From: Eledone cirrhosa
Taxonomy: Eukaryota
Direction: 5' to 3'
Assembly: GCA_964016885.1 (NCBI GenBank)
Contig: OZ024764.1
Location: 3,658,001-3,722,000, forward strand
Length of the DNA: 64,000 bases
The notes under the pieces were generated by a model, which ran no database searches, was not told the origin of the DNA, and saw only the letters and a list, made by a program, of their open reading frames with translations. Below are positions 49,074-64,000 of this stretch, piece after piece. Positions within the stretch are counted from its first letter, which is position 1. Each line of letters opens with the position of its first letter. Position numbers and translations under genes: made by a program.

Positions 49074-51108
49074 TAGGAGGTTTGCCAATGTTCTGCGACG
49101 GGAAGATCAGAGGCATGCGGTGTTCCACATTGCAAGGCAGTGTGTCAATGCAAATCAGGATGTTGTTGGAGATAAATGTGTCTGGAATGATGCCGGTGTA
49201 CTTAGTGTCATGAATGATCAGAAAAAGGAGGCCTGGAAATGTCATTATGAGAGACTGATGAATGTGGAGAACGAATGGGAGAGAGAGAAATTACCCTCAA
49301 TAGATCTGACAGAGGGACCAGCTATTGAGATTGACGAATATAGGGTCCAAGAGGTGATTAAGGAAATGAAAAATGGTAAGGCTGCTGGACCGTCAGGGAT
49401 AGTTGCTGAGATGCTGAAGGCATCAGGGGACGTAGGCACTAAACTGGTTGTACGCATCATCAGTCAGGCTATATATGGTGGTGTCATACCCAAAGACTGG
49501 TGCAGCAGTATTCTCATAAATTGCTACAAAGGTAAAGGGGATGCTCTGGAGAGGAGCAATTATAGGGGTATAAAACTGATGGACCAGGTTATGAAAGTGG
49601 CAGAAAGGATATTAGCACAACTAATTAGAGAAAGGGTCAAACTAGATGAGATGCAGTTTGGTTTTGTGCCTGGGAAAAGTACAACAGATACCCTCTTCTT
49701 GGTGAGACAATTACAAGAGAGGTTCTTAGAGAAAAATAAGCCACTATACTTAGCCTTTGTTGACCTAGAGAAGGCTTTGATAGGGTACCCCGATCTGTCA
49801 TCTGGTGGTCCCTAAGGAAACTAGGTGTTGAGGAATGGCTTGTGAGGACCGTGCAAATTTGTACAGAGGTGCTGTCAGTAAAGTCAGGGTAGGAATGGAG
49901 TTTAGTGAGGAATTCCAGATACAAGTAGGAGTACATCAAGCTTCGGTCCTCAGCCCGCTCTTGTTCATTATAGTTCTCCAAGCCATAACAGAGGAGTTTA
50001 AAACTGGCTGTCCATGGGAACTTCTCTATGCTGACGATCTGGTTCTTATAGCAGAATCAGTAGAGGAGCTAGAGAATAAATTCTGGCTATGGAAACAGCA
50101 GTTGGAAGCAAGAGGACTGAGAGTGAACCTAGCTAAGACAAAAGTGTTGATGAGTAGAAAAGAGAACAAAACCCTGATTCCATCAGGGAAATGGCCATGT
50201 TCGATATGCAGAAAAGGAACTGGCATAAATTCTATAAAATGCACATAATGCAGACCCTGGGTACACAAGAGATGTAGTGGGATAGCAGGCAAACTAACAG
50301 GTAGGGAGAAATGTGTATGCAGTAGATGTACAGGGAAATTAGACAGTAGAAGTCGCATTGATAGACACATTTTTCAAATGCAGGCTGGTGCTATAGAAGT
50401 GGTGGATAGCTTCCGGTACCTAGGAGATCAGATTAGCATGGAAGGGAGGTGTTCCGAGGCCATAGTATCTAGGATAAGGACAGGTTGGAAGAAGTTTAGG
50501 GAGTTGCTTCCTCTGTTGACGAAGAAGGGTTTCTCCCTGCGTACGAAAGGCCGGTTATATGATGCCTGTGTGAGGAGTGCGATGCTGCATGGTAGTGAGA
50601 CATGGGCAGCAACTGCAGAGGATATGCGACGGCTGGAGAGAAATGAGGCAAGCATACTCCATTGGATGTGCAATGTCAATGTGCGTGAACGACCTAGCAT
50701 GGATGTGTTGAGAGAGAAACTGTGTCTGAGAGAGATAGAATGTAGTGTGCGAGAGAGGAGACTGAGGTGGTATGGACATGTGATGTGTTGAGAGAGAAAC
50801 TGTGTCTGAGAGGGATAGAATGTAGTGTGCGAGAGAGGTGACTGAGGTGGTATAGACATGTGATGCGCATGGAGGATGACAGATGGGTGAAGAAGTGCCA
50901 GGAAATACCAGTAGAAAGAAGACGTGGTAGAGGTAGACCACGAAAAACATGGGCGGAGATGGTGAGAACAGACCTCAGATCGCTGAAGCTCACGGTGGAG
51001 ATGACGAAGGACCGTGACAAGTGGAGAGATGCTAGGCTGAATATGACCCATCCCACCCTTGCAAGCAGGGAAAAGCGGACATAAAATGATGATGATGATG
51101 ATGATGAT
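49074..51108 (+). mobile_element. RTE-clade LINE family 2, 5'-truncated, with ~80-bp internal duplication and (ATG)n tail
   Basis: ORFs 49027, 49835, 50378 and 50860; duplication about 50704-50863. Confidence 0.93.
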
Positions 51109-51375
51109 ATATATATATATATATATAAAAATAATAAAATAATTTGCTGAGGTTACATATATCGTTTAATCATAATAATTATTTCTACGGTTCTCCATGC
51201 AATCGAGATGTCCTTCATGGATTTACTGTTGATTATGAGAACGGTTTCCTCAGATGAAAATCGATATATTTGATATGTCGCGGGCAGGAAAATACACATC
51301 CTAATGCCTGTGCGCCCAGCATATATATGAGTTCCTTGAAGGGTTTGCCAGCCGTCGCGTTTGTATATATATATA

Positions 51376-51753
51376 TGGAGGCACATGGCTTAGTGGTTAG
51401 AGCATTGGTCTTGCAATCGAAAAGTTGTGAGTTCAATTCTCAGACTGGGTGATGTGTTGTTGTTTCCTTGAGCAAGACACTTTATTTCACATTGCTCCAG
51501 TTTACTCAGCTGTAAAAATGAGATGATAGGGACTGGGGTCCCTATCATTCCACTGCAAAGTGGTCGTGGAGGTGCCACGGCAAAAAAGCACCCAGCCCAC
51601 ACTGTAAAGTGGACGTGTAGGCGCCACGGAAAAAAAAGCACCCAGCACTCACTGTAAATGAGGTTGGTGTTAGGAAGAGCATCCAGCTGTAGAAATCAAG
51701 CCAGAATCAGTCAGGGAAAAGCGGACATAAAAATGAAATGATGAAATGATGAT
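51376..51753 (+). mobile_element. SINE family A with an extra internal module
   Basis: CACTGTAAAGTGG..GCACCCAGC module duplicated. Confidence 0.88.
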
Positions 51754-51782
51754 ATATATATACACACACACATATATATATT

Positions 51783-52199
51783 TCAATGTAAAGTTATGTT
51801 GGTGCCACAACATCCAGGCCGAAACAAATGAGATCGTGTAGGTGTCACGACAAAAAAACACACAGTCCACGCTGTAATGTGGCCATGTAGGTAACACGGT
51901 AAAAACCTCCCAGTCCCACACTGTAAATGTGGTTGGTGTTAGGAAGGGGCATCCAGCTGTAGAAAACCCGCCAGACAGTCCACGCTGTAATGTGGCCGTG
52001 TAGGTAACACGGTAAAAACCTCCCAGTCCACACTGTAAACGTGGTTGGTGTTAGGAAGGGCATCCAGCCGTAGATAACCCGCCAGACAGTCCTATACGAG
52101 CAAGACAACCACTCTTGCCTCAAGTGGGAAAACTCCCGTCCAAACCCATGTAAGCGTGGAACATGGACGTTAAACGATGATGATGATGATGATGATGAT
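51783..52199 (+). mobile_element. RTE family 1 3' UTR-only insertion
   Basis: Matches 9468-9878. Confidence 0.85.
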
Positions 52200-52523
52200 A
52201 TAATCTATACGTAATAATCTGGATATAATATAAACGCATAATTAGCTAAAGCGTAATCCTATACAAGCAATATTCATTGATATATGTGAATAAATTTTTG
52301 ATTTCTTATTTTGTCTAACATTTGAATACAACAGTTTTTCATTCTCCTCTCTATTTCATCCTTTCCTTATCTTTATTCCCCTTTGTCTTCTCTTTATTCT
52401 CCCCACATCTTCCCTCTCTTTTGATTTTATTCCTCTTTTCTCTTACATCTTTTTTTCTTCTTTTATGCATTTATTTATTTATTTATTTATTTATTTGGGA
52501 AGGGTCATATTGTTGTAATAATT

Positions 52524-52707
52524 ATTTCTACTTTTGGCACAAGGTCAGCAAATTACCCAGTGTATTACTGGTACTTTATTTTATCGACCCCGTAAGGATG
52601 AAAGGCAAAGTTAACCTCGGCGGGATTTGAACTCAGAATGGAAAGGGCCGTAACTCTTTGCCTCAAAGCATGGCGTCCGACCCTCTACCAATACTGCCAA
52701 TCCACCA
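52524..52707 (-). mobile_element. SINE family B, full length
   Basis: Reverse complement of 18772-18960. Confidence 0.85.
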
Positions 52708-53140
52708 AACAGAACACACTCACTGTTTGGTTGATTTTCGCTTCTGTATCTTTTATATCAGTTAATTTATTCGGTCCTCAATGTTGCCATTGACTGACCA
52801 ACGGTCAAAAATACAGATATAATATAGACACAAACACATATATATAGTCTAACAAAGTTCTTTCGTTGCACATCTGCAACATCGTCAGTGGTGCTATTGT
52901 TTCCTCCTGTTGTATTGTATGTCTACGCCATCTTTATTTTATCTGTTTATTTAGTTATTTATTTATTGGTTTATTTCTTGCCTTTTCCTCTTCTTTGCAT
53001 CCCCCTTCTATATCTCTATCTTGCTCTACGTCCTTTTCTTCTTTAAGTTTATCATATTATTTGAGAGTTGGTGAAATAAATCTGCCAATACTGGAATTGA
53101 ATAATAAAAACCGTAGCGGTATGTCACATATCAAATCTTA

Positions 53141-53198
53141 TATTTGTCTGATGAAAACGTACTTAAACACCATTGTACCTTTGAAATATGTATAATGC
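53141..53198 (+). ncRNA. Minimal hammerhead motif (tandem copy 1)
   Basis: TTTGT CTGATGA AAACGTAC..GTACCTTT GAAAT ATGT ATA ATG; weak stem I. Confidence 0.6.
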
Positions 53199-53254
53199 TA
53201 TATATATTTTGATTATTTTTCATTTATTAATATTTTGAATTATATATATATATG

Positions 53255-53324
<70 letters not shown>

Positions 53325-53383
53325 CTGCCAAGACTGGAATTGAACCATCAGCACAGATGAGGTATGTCATACATCAATATATG

Positions 53384-53450
53384 TATTTTATCTGATGAGG
53401 ACATACTGAAAAAAACAGCACAGTACCTCCGAAATATATATATAATAAAA
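53384..53450 (+). ncRNA. Minimal hammerhead motif (tandem copy 2)
   Basis: TTTTAT CTGATGA GGACATACTG..CAGTACCTCC GAAAT ATATAT ATA ATAAAA. Confidence 0.72.
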
Positions 53451-53836
53451 CATATATTTTGATTCTGTGAATGTATCCATTTATTTATATTTTGAATAAT
53501 ATATATATATATATATATATATGTGTAGATAAATCTACCAAAAGTTTACGGTAGTGTCCAATCCGTATGAAGAACTCAATGTAATCCGGATATCATGGAA
53601 AGAAGAGATGCATTCAAAAATCACTTTCGGTGAAAGATAAACGGAATACAGAGTCAAGATGTGATGGTGTGTATATTCTCTTTGATAGATTGTATAATTT
53701 TGTACATAGATCTTTTGAATATGCATGCCAATTCTAACACATATATGTCCTAGAAACGATCGTTAAATAATGAACTTTTTTTGTTTAATATAAGGAACTG
53801 TTTCATTGTTTTAATCATTATTTTTTTTTTTTTTTT

Positions 53837-53890
<54 letters not shown>

Positions 53891-54207
53891 CAGTCGATCA
53901 ACAAGATACCAGACTTGACGAGAGGAGTGAAGCTCGTCATATCGGACCGAGGAAACGATGTTTCCATTGGTCTTTCCAATAGCTAATACTATCTGTTAGT
54001 CGCAAGTCCTGGTGGAGAAAAGTTAAAAGGAAGACAATAACACAAAATCTTAGTTCCATGATTTAAAGAAGGGGAAAGAGTCTGAACGTTTCCAGCGTAG
54101 GTCCTTCGTCAGGACGAAGTTATGAAGAAAAAAGTGTCAGGTGTGAGTAGATATATGTAAATATATATACATAAATATATAATGTGGGTATTATTATATA
54201 TACATAC

Positions 54208-54261
<54 letters not shown>

Positions 54262-54507
54262 TACATACACATATACACACACATATACATACATCAATAT
54301 ACATAAATGTGTATAAATTATATACACAAACACACATATATATATTTATATACATTGTATATACACACACACATATATATATACATACATACAACGTTGT
54401 ATATACAGACACATATATACATACATTGTATATACACACACACACATATATACATATATTCGATATATACACACACACAGATACATATATACATACATTG
54501 TATATAT

Positions 54508-54552
<45 letters not shown>

Positions 54553-54753
54553 AAATATATATACACGCACACATATATATATATATATATATATACATAC
54601 GGCTTAATATTTGTTTTAATTCTACATCATTTCACAACATTTAACCTTGAATGTAAATTAAACAAACACTTGACTGTAACTTCGAAGTTTCGTCGACAAC
54701 ATGGCGGCCAACCTCAGACATTTGGTCGAATTTCACAATTATCTTACATACAT

Positions 54754-54834
<81 letters not shown>

Positions 54835-55097
54835 GTGTATATACATTGTATGTATATACATATATATATATATATACATTGTGTATATATATATATATGT
54901 ATACATATAAATGAAAGGTATAAAAAGTATTGGAGCAAGAAGCCAACAGTATTCCATATATATATATATAATATATATATATATATGTAGAAGTTATATT
55001 TGGGATACAACAAGCAAATATTTTTATAACTGATATAAAGCACTCAACAAATTATTGGATATAATATACATATATGTGTGTGTATATATACACACAC

Positions 55098-55154
<57 letters not shown>

Positions 55155-55259
55155 TGTATTTATATATGTGTGTGTATATTTTGTTACTTATGAATATATG
55201 TAACTTAGAACGCATTTCTTATACACACATTATATACATATACATATATATATATATAA

Positions 55260-55338
<79 letters not shown>

Positions 55339-55455
55339 TACATATATATATATATATATACACACATATATATAGCTGAAAATGAAGGAACAAAACACAA
55401 GAGGCAATTGTAAACCATTAATACATATATATACACAGACGTATATATATATATG

Positions 55456-55497
<42 letters not shown>

Positions 55498-55584
55498 CAT
55501 ATATATATATACATATGTCTGTGTGTAATATATACACACACATCTACATACAGACATATATATATATATGTCTGTATGTAGATG

Positions 55585-55713
<129 letters not shown>

Positions 55714-55792
55714 TCCATATATACAGTTAGATTAGATAATTAAGGCCATCTCACCTGAGTATTCTTCAACATCATGGTTGAGTGTAGATTCC

Positions 55793-56490
55793 TGGTGGTG
55801 GTGTTGATGATGGTGGTGGTGGTGGTGGTGGTGTTGATGATGGCGGTGGTGGTGTAGTGTAGTACTAGTGTGGTGGTGGTGTAGTAGAGGTGTTGATGGT
55901 GGTGTAGTAGTGTGATGATGGTGGTGGTGGTGTAGTGTAGTACTAGTGTGGTGGTGGTGTAGTAGAGGTGTTGATGATGGTGGTGGTGTAGTAGTGTGAT
56001 GATGGTGGTGTAGTAGTGTGATGATGGTGGTGTAGTAGTATGGTGGTGTAGTGGTGGTGGTGTAGTAGTGTGATGATGGTGGTGTAGTAGTGTGATGATG
56101 GTGGTGTAGTAGTATGGTGGTGTAGTGGTGGTGGTGTAGTAGTGTGATGATGGTGGTGGTGGTGTAGTGTACTACTGGTGTGGTGGTGGTGTAGTAGGGT
56201 GATGATGGTGTAGTAGTGTAGTACTAGTGTGGTGGTGTAGTAGTGTAGTAGGGTGGTGGACTAGTGTGGTGGTGGTGGTGTAGTGTAGTACTAACTAATG
56301 TGGTGGTGGACTAGTATGGTGGGGATGTAGTAGTGTGATGGTGGTGGTGTAGTGTAGTGTAGTGTAGTACTAGTGTGGTGGTGGTGGTGTTGTAGTAGGG
56401 TGGTGGTGGTGGTGTAGTAGGGTGGTGGTGGTGGTGTAGTGTAGTGTAGTACTAGTGTGGTGGTGGTGTAGTAGGGTGGTGGTGTTGGAC
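55793..56490 (+). repeat. (GGT/AGT/GAT)n low-complexity tract
   Basis: Degenerate triplet repeats. Confidence 0.93.
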
Positions 56491-56639
56491 TAAAGTGGTG
56501 TAGAAACTGTCTTAGACTTATTAGGGCTCAATGTATATGTGTGTGTATATATATATATATGTGTGTGTATATATATACATATATGTGTGTGTGTGTGTAT
56601 ATATATATGTGTGTATATATATGTGTGTGTATATATATA

Positions 56640-56686
<47 letters not shown>

Positions 56687-56719
56687 ATATATATATATGT
56701 GTGTGTGTATATATATATA

Positions 56720-56771
<52 letters not shown>

Positions 56772-57146
56772 GTCTGTATACACCTGTATAGATGCTTGTT
56801 TTACGAAATAGTGTATGTATCTTTATCCATGTATATACAGCCTATATATATATATATAGATGATGGTGATGGTGTATATATGATGCTTGTAGAATGTTCA
56901 ATGCAACACTGTATGTATATATTCCATGTATATATTAGAAAAACACTCCAGGGTATATATATATATATATAATTGTGTAGAATGTTGAATAAAAGACTGT
57001 ATATATGTTAATCCAGGTATACAGGGTATATATATATACACACTCTATGATAATTGTGTACAATGTTGAATAAGAGACTGTATATATCCAGAAAGATGTA
57101 TATAATGAAGAGAAATTATATATCCAGGAGTATAATATTCAAGTTG

Positions 57147-57251
<105 letters not shown>

Positions 57252-57704
57252 CACCTGTATTAATCCTGCATGTATGTTAAATCTTCCAATTTACTGATGT
57301 CCAGAGATTCTCCACATTTGATGACTGAGGTTTTTTAGTAAATGGTGTATATAGTGTATATATAGTGTATATATAGTGTGTATATAGTGTGTATATAGTG
57401 TATATATAGTGTGTATAGTGTTTATAGCGTGTATATAGTGTATATATACTGTATATAGTGTATATAGCGTGTATATATACTGTATATATAGTGTGTATAG
57501 TGTATATATAGTGTGTCTATGTGGTGTGTATATATGTGTATGTTAAAGGTATGTGTGAATGTATGTATATATATATGTATGTATATTATTAATGTGCTCG
57601 TGTATAACTATAAATATACACCCGCATCCTGCGTATGTATATTTGGAGAAAGCGAAAGTTCTGAATAAATAAATAAATAAATATATATAATGTATGTAAA
57701 GGTA

Positions 57705-57752
<48 letters not shown>

Positions 57753-57772
57753 GAAATTCTATGTTAATATCG

Positions 57773-57803
<31 letters not shown>

Positions 57804-57933
57804 ATGGTATGTATGTATGTGTGTTATATATATATATATATATGTATGTATGTAAATATATATGTATATATATTATATATATAGAGAATTAAATGGAGAA
57901 TCTAAATGGGATGTCATCTTTTGCAGCACATTC

Positions 57934-57968
<35 letters not shown>

Positions 57969-58439
57969 TGTGTGTATATATATATCTGTATATATATGTA
58001 TCAGTGTATATATATATATATGTGTATATATTATATTTATATATATATATATATCAGTGTATATATATATATGTGTATATATTATATTTATATATATATA
58101 TATATATATATTTGTATATATCTGAGTTAATATCTGTGTATGTATATACTCTATATATATCTCTGTATATATATATAAATATAAATATATATATACAAAT
58201 ATCTATCTATCTATATATATATATATATGTATATAATGGCGATATTTCTGTCTCTCCCAACTCCAGCTAAATATTAACTTTTTCAAGATGTTCCTTTCTT
58301 TGTTTCATAAATATTTGCAAGGAATAAACTGTGACCAACTTTCACAGAAAACTTATTATTTCTCTCATCTCTTGTCGACATTAATTCCTCTCAACCGACA
58401 ACTTCGCCATCTCAAAACCTTTTACTTTCTAACATCTTT

Positions 58440-58602
58440 TCTCTCTTCCTCTCTGTTTCTCTATGTTATTACACCTTTACTATCTCTTTCTCTATGTTAT
58501 TACACCTTTACTCTCTCTCTCTCTCTCTCTCTCCCTCTCTCTCTCTCTCTCTATGTTATTACACCTTTACTCTCTCTCTCTCTCTCTATGTTATTACACC
58601 TT

Positions 58603-58641
<39 letters not shown>

Positions 58642-58653
58642 ATTACACCTTTA

Positions 58654-58686
<33 letters not shown>

Positions 58687-58755
58687 ATTACAACTTTACT
58701 ATCTCTCTCTCTATGTTATTACACCTCTCTCTCTCTCTCTGTTATTACACCTTTA

Positions 58756-58788
<33 letters not shown>

Positions 58789-58927
58789 TCATTACAACTT
58801 TACTAGCTCTCTCTCTATGTTATTACACCTCTCTCTCTCTCTCTGTTATTACACCTTTACTCTCTCTCTCTCTATCTCTCTCTCTCATTACAACTTTACT
58901 ATCTCTCTCTCTCTGTTATTACACCTT

Positions 58928-58978
<51 letters not shown>

Positions 58979-59905
58979 ATTACACCTTTACTCTCTCCCT
59001 CTCTATGGTATCCCACTTTCACTCTCTCTTCTCTCTCTAGCACTATGCTATTACATTTTCTCTCTCTCTCTCTCTCTCAATGGTATTACACCTCTCTTTC
59101 TCTCTCTCTCTCTCTTTCTCCCTCTCGTATCGTATCACTCTTTCGCTTTCTCTCTCTCACTCTCTCACTCACTCTTTCACTCTCTCTCTCTCTCTCTCTC
59201 CTTTATGGTATTACACCTTCACTTTCTCTCTCTCTGTGTTATTACACTTTCACTCTCTCTCTCTCTCTCCCTTATCATATTACACTTTCACTCTCTCTTT
59301 CTCTCTCCCTTATCATATTACACTTTCACTCTCTCTTTCTCTCTCCCTTATCATATTACACTTTCACTCTCTCCCTTATCATATTACACCTTCACTCTCT
59401 CTTCCCCTCTCTCTCTCATCCCTCTCTTTTCCTCTCTCTATATACATTTCTATTCCACCCCCACCCCCATATGATTCTATTCTTTTACTCCATTACCTCC
59501 CCCCAGCTTGCATTTATCTCTCCCTCTCTCACCCTCTCTCTCTCTCCCTCTCCCTCTCTCCCTCTCTCTTTCTTTCTCTCTCTCTCCCCTTTTTCTTTCT
59601 TTTTCCCTCTCTCTTTTCTTTTAACCTATCTTTTGCTCCTCTCTTATCTTCGTTATCTCTCTCACCCCCTCTCTCTCTCTCTCTCTCCATCTCACACCTC
59701 CCCCTTCTCCATTTCTACCCCCTCTCCCTCTCTCACATTTCCCATCCCTCCCTCCTTCCTTCTCTCACCTCTCCCCCCTCCCTCGTTTTCCCCTCTCTCT
59801 CCATATCCACCCCTCCCCCTCTCTCCATCTCCCTCCATACTCTCCCCCTCCCCTACCTCTCCGTCCCCCCTCACTCCCCCACTCACCTCTCCCCATCCCC
59901 TCTAT
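58440..59905 (+). repeat. Polypyrimidine (CT)n minisatellite with TATTACACCTTTACT anchors
   Basis: Recurring anchor separated by (CT)n of variable length. Confidence 0.92.
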
Positions 59906-60071
59906 TACTCTGTCCATAAAAAACTGTTTGTACAGTAAAAACCGCCACTGGAAAGGACAAGAAGCCAAACTGGGGTCTCCAGTAATGGCCCTCCCCACTC
60001 ACTCCAGCTTATTAATTTTTCAGATTTTTCCACCACCCAGCCCCAACACGATGATGATGATATATATGTAT

Positions 60072-60992
60072 CATTATCATTTCATCATTTTATGTCCGCT
60101 TGTCCCTGCTTGCAAGGGTGGGATGGGTCCTATTCAGCACAGCATCTCTCCACATGTCATGGTCCTTCGTCATCTCCTCCGTGAGCTTCAGCAATCTGAG
60201 GTCTGCTCTCACCACCTCCGCCCATGCTTTTCGTGGTCTTCCTCTACTGTATCTTCTTTCTACTGGGATTTCTTGGCACTTCTTTACCCAGCGATCATCC
60301 TCCATGAACATCACATGTCCATACCAACGTAGTCTTCTCTCCTGTACACCACTATACACAGTTTCTCTCTCAACTCATCCATGTTTGGTCGTTCATGCAC
60401 ATAGACATTGCACATCCAACGGAGCATGCTTACTTCATTTCTCTCCAGCCATTGCATATCTTCCGCAGTTGCTGCCCGTGTCTCACTACCATGCAGCATC
60501 ACGCATCTCACACAGGCATCATATAACTGGCTTTTCGTACGCAGGGAGAAACCCTTCTTTGTCAACAGAGGAAGCAGCTCTCTAAACTTCTTCCAACCCA
60601 TCCTTATTCTAGATACTATGGCCTCGGAACACCCCCCCTCCCATGCTAATCTGATCACCTAGGTACCGGAAGCTATCACCCACTTCTATAAAACCAACCT
60701 GCATTGGAAAAATGTGTCTATCACTGCGATTACTACTGTCTAATTTCCCTGTACATCTACTGCATACGTATTTCTCCCTACCTGTTAGTTTGCCTGCTAT
60801 CCCACTACATCTCTTGTGTACCCAAAATCTGTATTGTGTGCATTTTATAGAATTTATGCCAGTTCCTTTTCTACATATCGAACATGGCCATTTCCCTGAT
60901 AGAATCAGAGTTTTGTTCTCTTTTCTACTTATCAACACTTTTGTCTTAGCTAGGTTCACTCTCAGTCCTCTTGCTTCCAACTGCTGTTTCCA
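60072..60992 (-). mobile_element. RTE family 2 3' fragment
   Basis: ORFs 60609, 60311 and 60090 match 50100-51085. Confidence 0.92.
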
Positions 60993-61398
60993 ATAAATAG
61001 GATGGGTTGGGGTCTCAATATGTAAACTAAATTACTAATTCTGGTTTTTAAAAGTTCTTTCATTGCACATCTACAACATCATCAATGGTACATTGCAGAT
61101 GTGCAACGAAAGAACTTTGTTAGACTATATATATATATTTATATCTGTAATTTTAACCATTGGTCAATCAATGATAAACATTGATTGCCAAATAAATTAA
61201 CTATGGAGATATAAAAGATACAGAAGTGAAAACCAACCAAACAGTGAGAAGATCCCGTTAAGGGTGAAAGCAGCGATTCTTTCCTTAAACTTTAATCTGT
61301 TATTTTAATAAATATTTGCTCTACGGTTCTTATATATTTGATATATATTTATCCTTATCGAGCCCTCTTTGGATTTTAGTCTTCAAATTTATTATTAT

Positions 61399-61577
<179 letters not shown>

Positions 61578-62047
61578 CTTTTAACCATCTTTTGTTCTTA
61601 TATATTATGTATACTCCAGTCCTACAAACTGTAGAGTGCTTCTTATCCAATATCTGCATTGCTTTATTGTACTACAATAAAACTCACCTCCTACATATAT
61701 ATATATATATATATATACAGCTCCACCTAAGTTACACAGCACTATAGTTACTCTCGGTTATCTCCCTTCTACTGATATAATTTCTTTAGTGGACATAAAT
61801 ATAAAATTACTGCCCTTTTAGGCTTCCATCATTTCAATGGTGGCTCTAATAAACGGGAGGGGGGTAATTTTTCTGTCTCTGTTGATTTTTTATAAAACCA
61901 GATTTAGTTGTTTAGTTTACATATTGAGACCTCAATCAATCCTATTTATTTTAAAACATGGGATATGTAGTAATGTGCTTTTTTGTCATGTATAATGTTT
62001 TCTAATGTCTAAAGAAAATTAATTGTCACAGGAAGGCTACCACTTAA

Positions 62048-63973
62048 CCCTTTAGCATTTAAACCAGCCATATCTTGCCAGAATTCTCTCACCTCTTTCT
62101 GTTCAAACCAGCTGTAACCGGCTGCTCATTCTGATGTTAAGGTATTGTTCTCAAAATAAATAACATTAAAATCTCATAGATTTGATATTATGTGAGATAT
62201 TATGTGAGGTAAAGCCTTTACTGTGACAATACAATAGTATATATAGAGTAATGTAAATGTTATGTGAGATATTATGTGAGGTAAAGCCTTTACTGTGAAA
62301 ATACAATAGTAAATATAGAGTAATGTAAATGGTATGTGAGATATTATGTGAGGTAAAGCCTTTACTGTGAAAATACAATAGTATATATAGAGTAATGTAA
62401 ATGTTATGTGAGATATTATGTGAGGTAAAGCCTTTACTGTGAAAATACAATAGTATATATAGAGTAATGTAAATGTTATGTAAGATATTATGTGAGGTAA
62501 AGCCTTTACTGTGAAAATACAATAGTATATATAGAGTAATGTAACTGTTATGTGAGATATTATGTGAGGTAAAGCCTTTACTGTGAAAATACAATAGTAT
62601 ATATAGAGTAATGTAAATGTTATGTGAGATATTATGTGAGGTAAAGACTTTACTGTGAAAATACAATAGTATATATAGAGTAATGTAAATGTTATGTGAG
62701 ATATTATGTGAGGTAAAGCCTTTACTGTGACAATACAATAGTATATATAGAGTAATGTAAATGTTATGTGAGATATTATGTGAGGTAAAGCCTTTACTGT
62801 GAAAATACAATAGTATATATAGAGTAATGTAAATGTTATGTGAGATATTATGTGAGGTAAAGCCTTTACTGTGACAATACAATAGTATATATAGAGTAAT
62901 GTAAATGTTATGTGAGATATTATATGAGGTAAAGCCTTTACTGTGAAAATACAATAGTATATATAGAGTAATGTAAATGTTATGTGAGATATTATGTGAG
63001 GGAAAGCCTTTACTGTGAAAATATAATAGTATATATAGAGTAATGTAAATGTTATGTGAGATAATTATGTGAGGTAAAGCCTTTACTGTGAAAATACAAT
63101 AGTATATATAGAGTAATGTAAATGTTATGTGAGATATTATGTGAGGGAAAGCCTTTACTGTGAAAATATAATAGTATATATAGAGTAATGTAAATGTTAT
63201 GTGAGATATTATGTGAGGTAAAGCCTTTACTGTGAAAATACAATAGTATATATAGAGTAATGTAAATGGTATGTGAGATATTATGTGAGGTTAAGACTTT
63301 ACTGTGAAAATATAATAGTATATATAGAGTAATGTAAATGTTATGAGATATTATATGAGGTAAAGACTTTACTGTGAAAATACAATAGTATATATAGAGT
63401 AATGTGTGAGATATTATGTGAGGTAAAGCCTTTACTGTGACAATACAATAGTATATATAGAGTAATGTAAATGTCATGTGAGATATTATGTGAGGTAAAG
63501 CCTTTACTGTGAAAATACAATAGTATATATAGAGTAATGTAAATGTTATGTGAGATATTATATGAGGTAAAGACTTTACTGTGAAAATACAATAGTATAT
63601 ATAGAGTAATGTAAATGGTATGTGAGATATTATGTGAGGTAAAGCCTTTACTGTGAAAATACAATAGTATATATAGAGTAATGTAAATGTTATGTGAGGT
63701 AAAGCCTTTACTGTGAAAATATAATAGTATATATAGAGTAATGTAAATGTTATGTGAGATATTATGTGAGGTAAAGCCTTTACTGTGAAAATACAATAGT
63801 ATATATAGAGTAATGTAACTGTTATGTGAGATATTATGTGAGGTAAAGCCTTTACTGTGAAAATATAATAGTATATATAGAGTAATGTAAATGTTATGTG
63901 AGATATTATGTGAGGTAAAGACTTTACTGTGAAAATAGAATAGTATATATAGAGTAATGTAAATGGTAAAGGG
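62048..63973 (-). mobile_element. piggyBac-type MITE with about 25 internal 72-bp repeats
   Basis: TTAA|CCCTTTAGCATT...AATGGTAAAGGG|TTAA; same unique arm as the other copies. Confidence 0.88.
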
Positions 63974-64000
63974 TTAAATTAAAATTTCACCAGAGATAGA

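Noticed and set aside
58288-59938. 491-aa and other Leu/Ser-rich ORFs
   Set aside because: (CT)n low-complexity translation
61585-61690. GVYII as a GIY-YIG endonuclease relic between inverted repeats 60993-61050 / 61893-61950
   Set aside because: Motif too short; no second YIG motif or RT visible

Overview
Eukaryotic, AT- and microsatellite-rich, almost gene-free window; the repeat families resemble those I associate with octopod cephalopods (inference). Transposon content: about a dozen decayed RTE-clade LINE fragments; two tRNA-derived SINE families; a 3'-truncated Gypsy LTR element with a -1 frameshift pseudoknot; a solo LTR of that family nested in a Merlin remnant; a near-intact Tx1-clade LINE inside the 72-bp internal array of a TTAA-flanked piggyBac-type MITE (three MITE copies); Helitron-like elements, one next to a hAT-like transposase relic; and CRE-like endonuclease relics. 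The only plausible host CDS is a 182-aa glycine-zipper/charged/tail-anchor ORF (24916-25464) behind a 5.4-kb 64-bp minisatellite. The least obvious signal is about 14 minimal type-I hammerhead ribozyme motifs (Penelope/retrozyme type, including U3-A8 and U4C core variants), many paired in long palindromes or in tandem. Coordinates were read by eye and may be off by a few bases.
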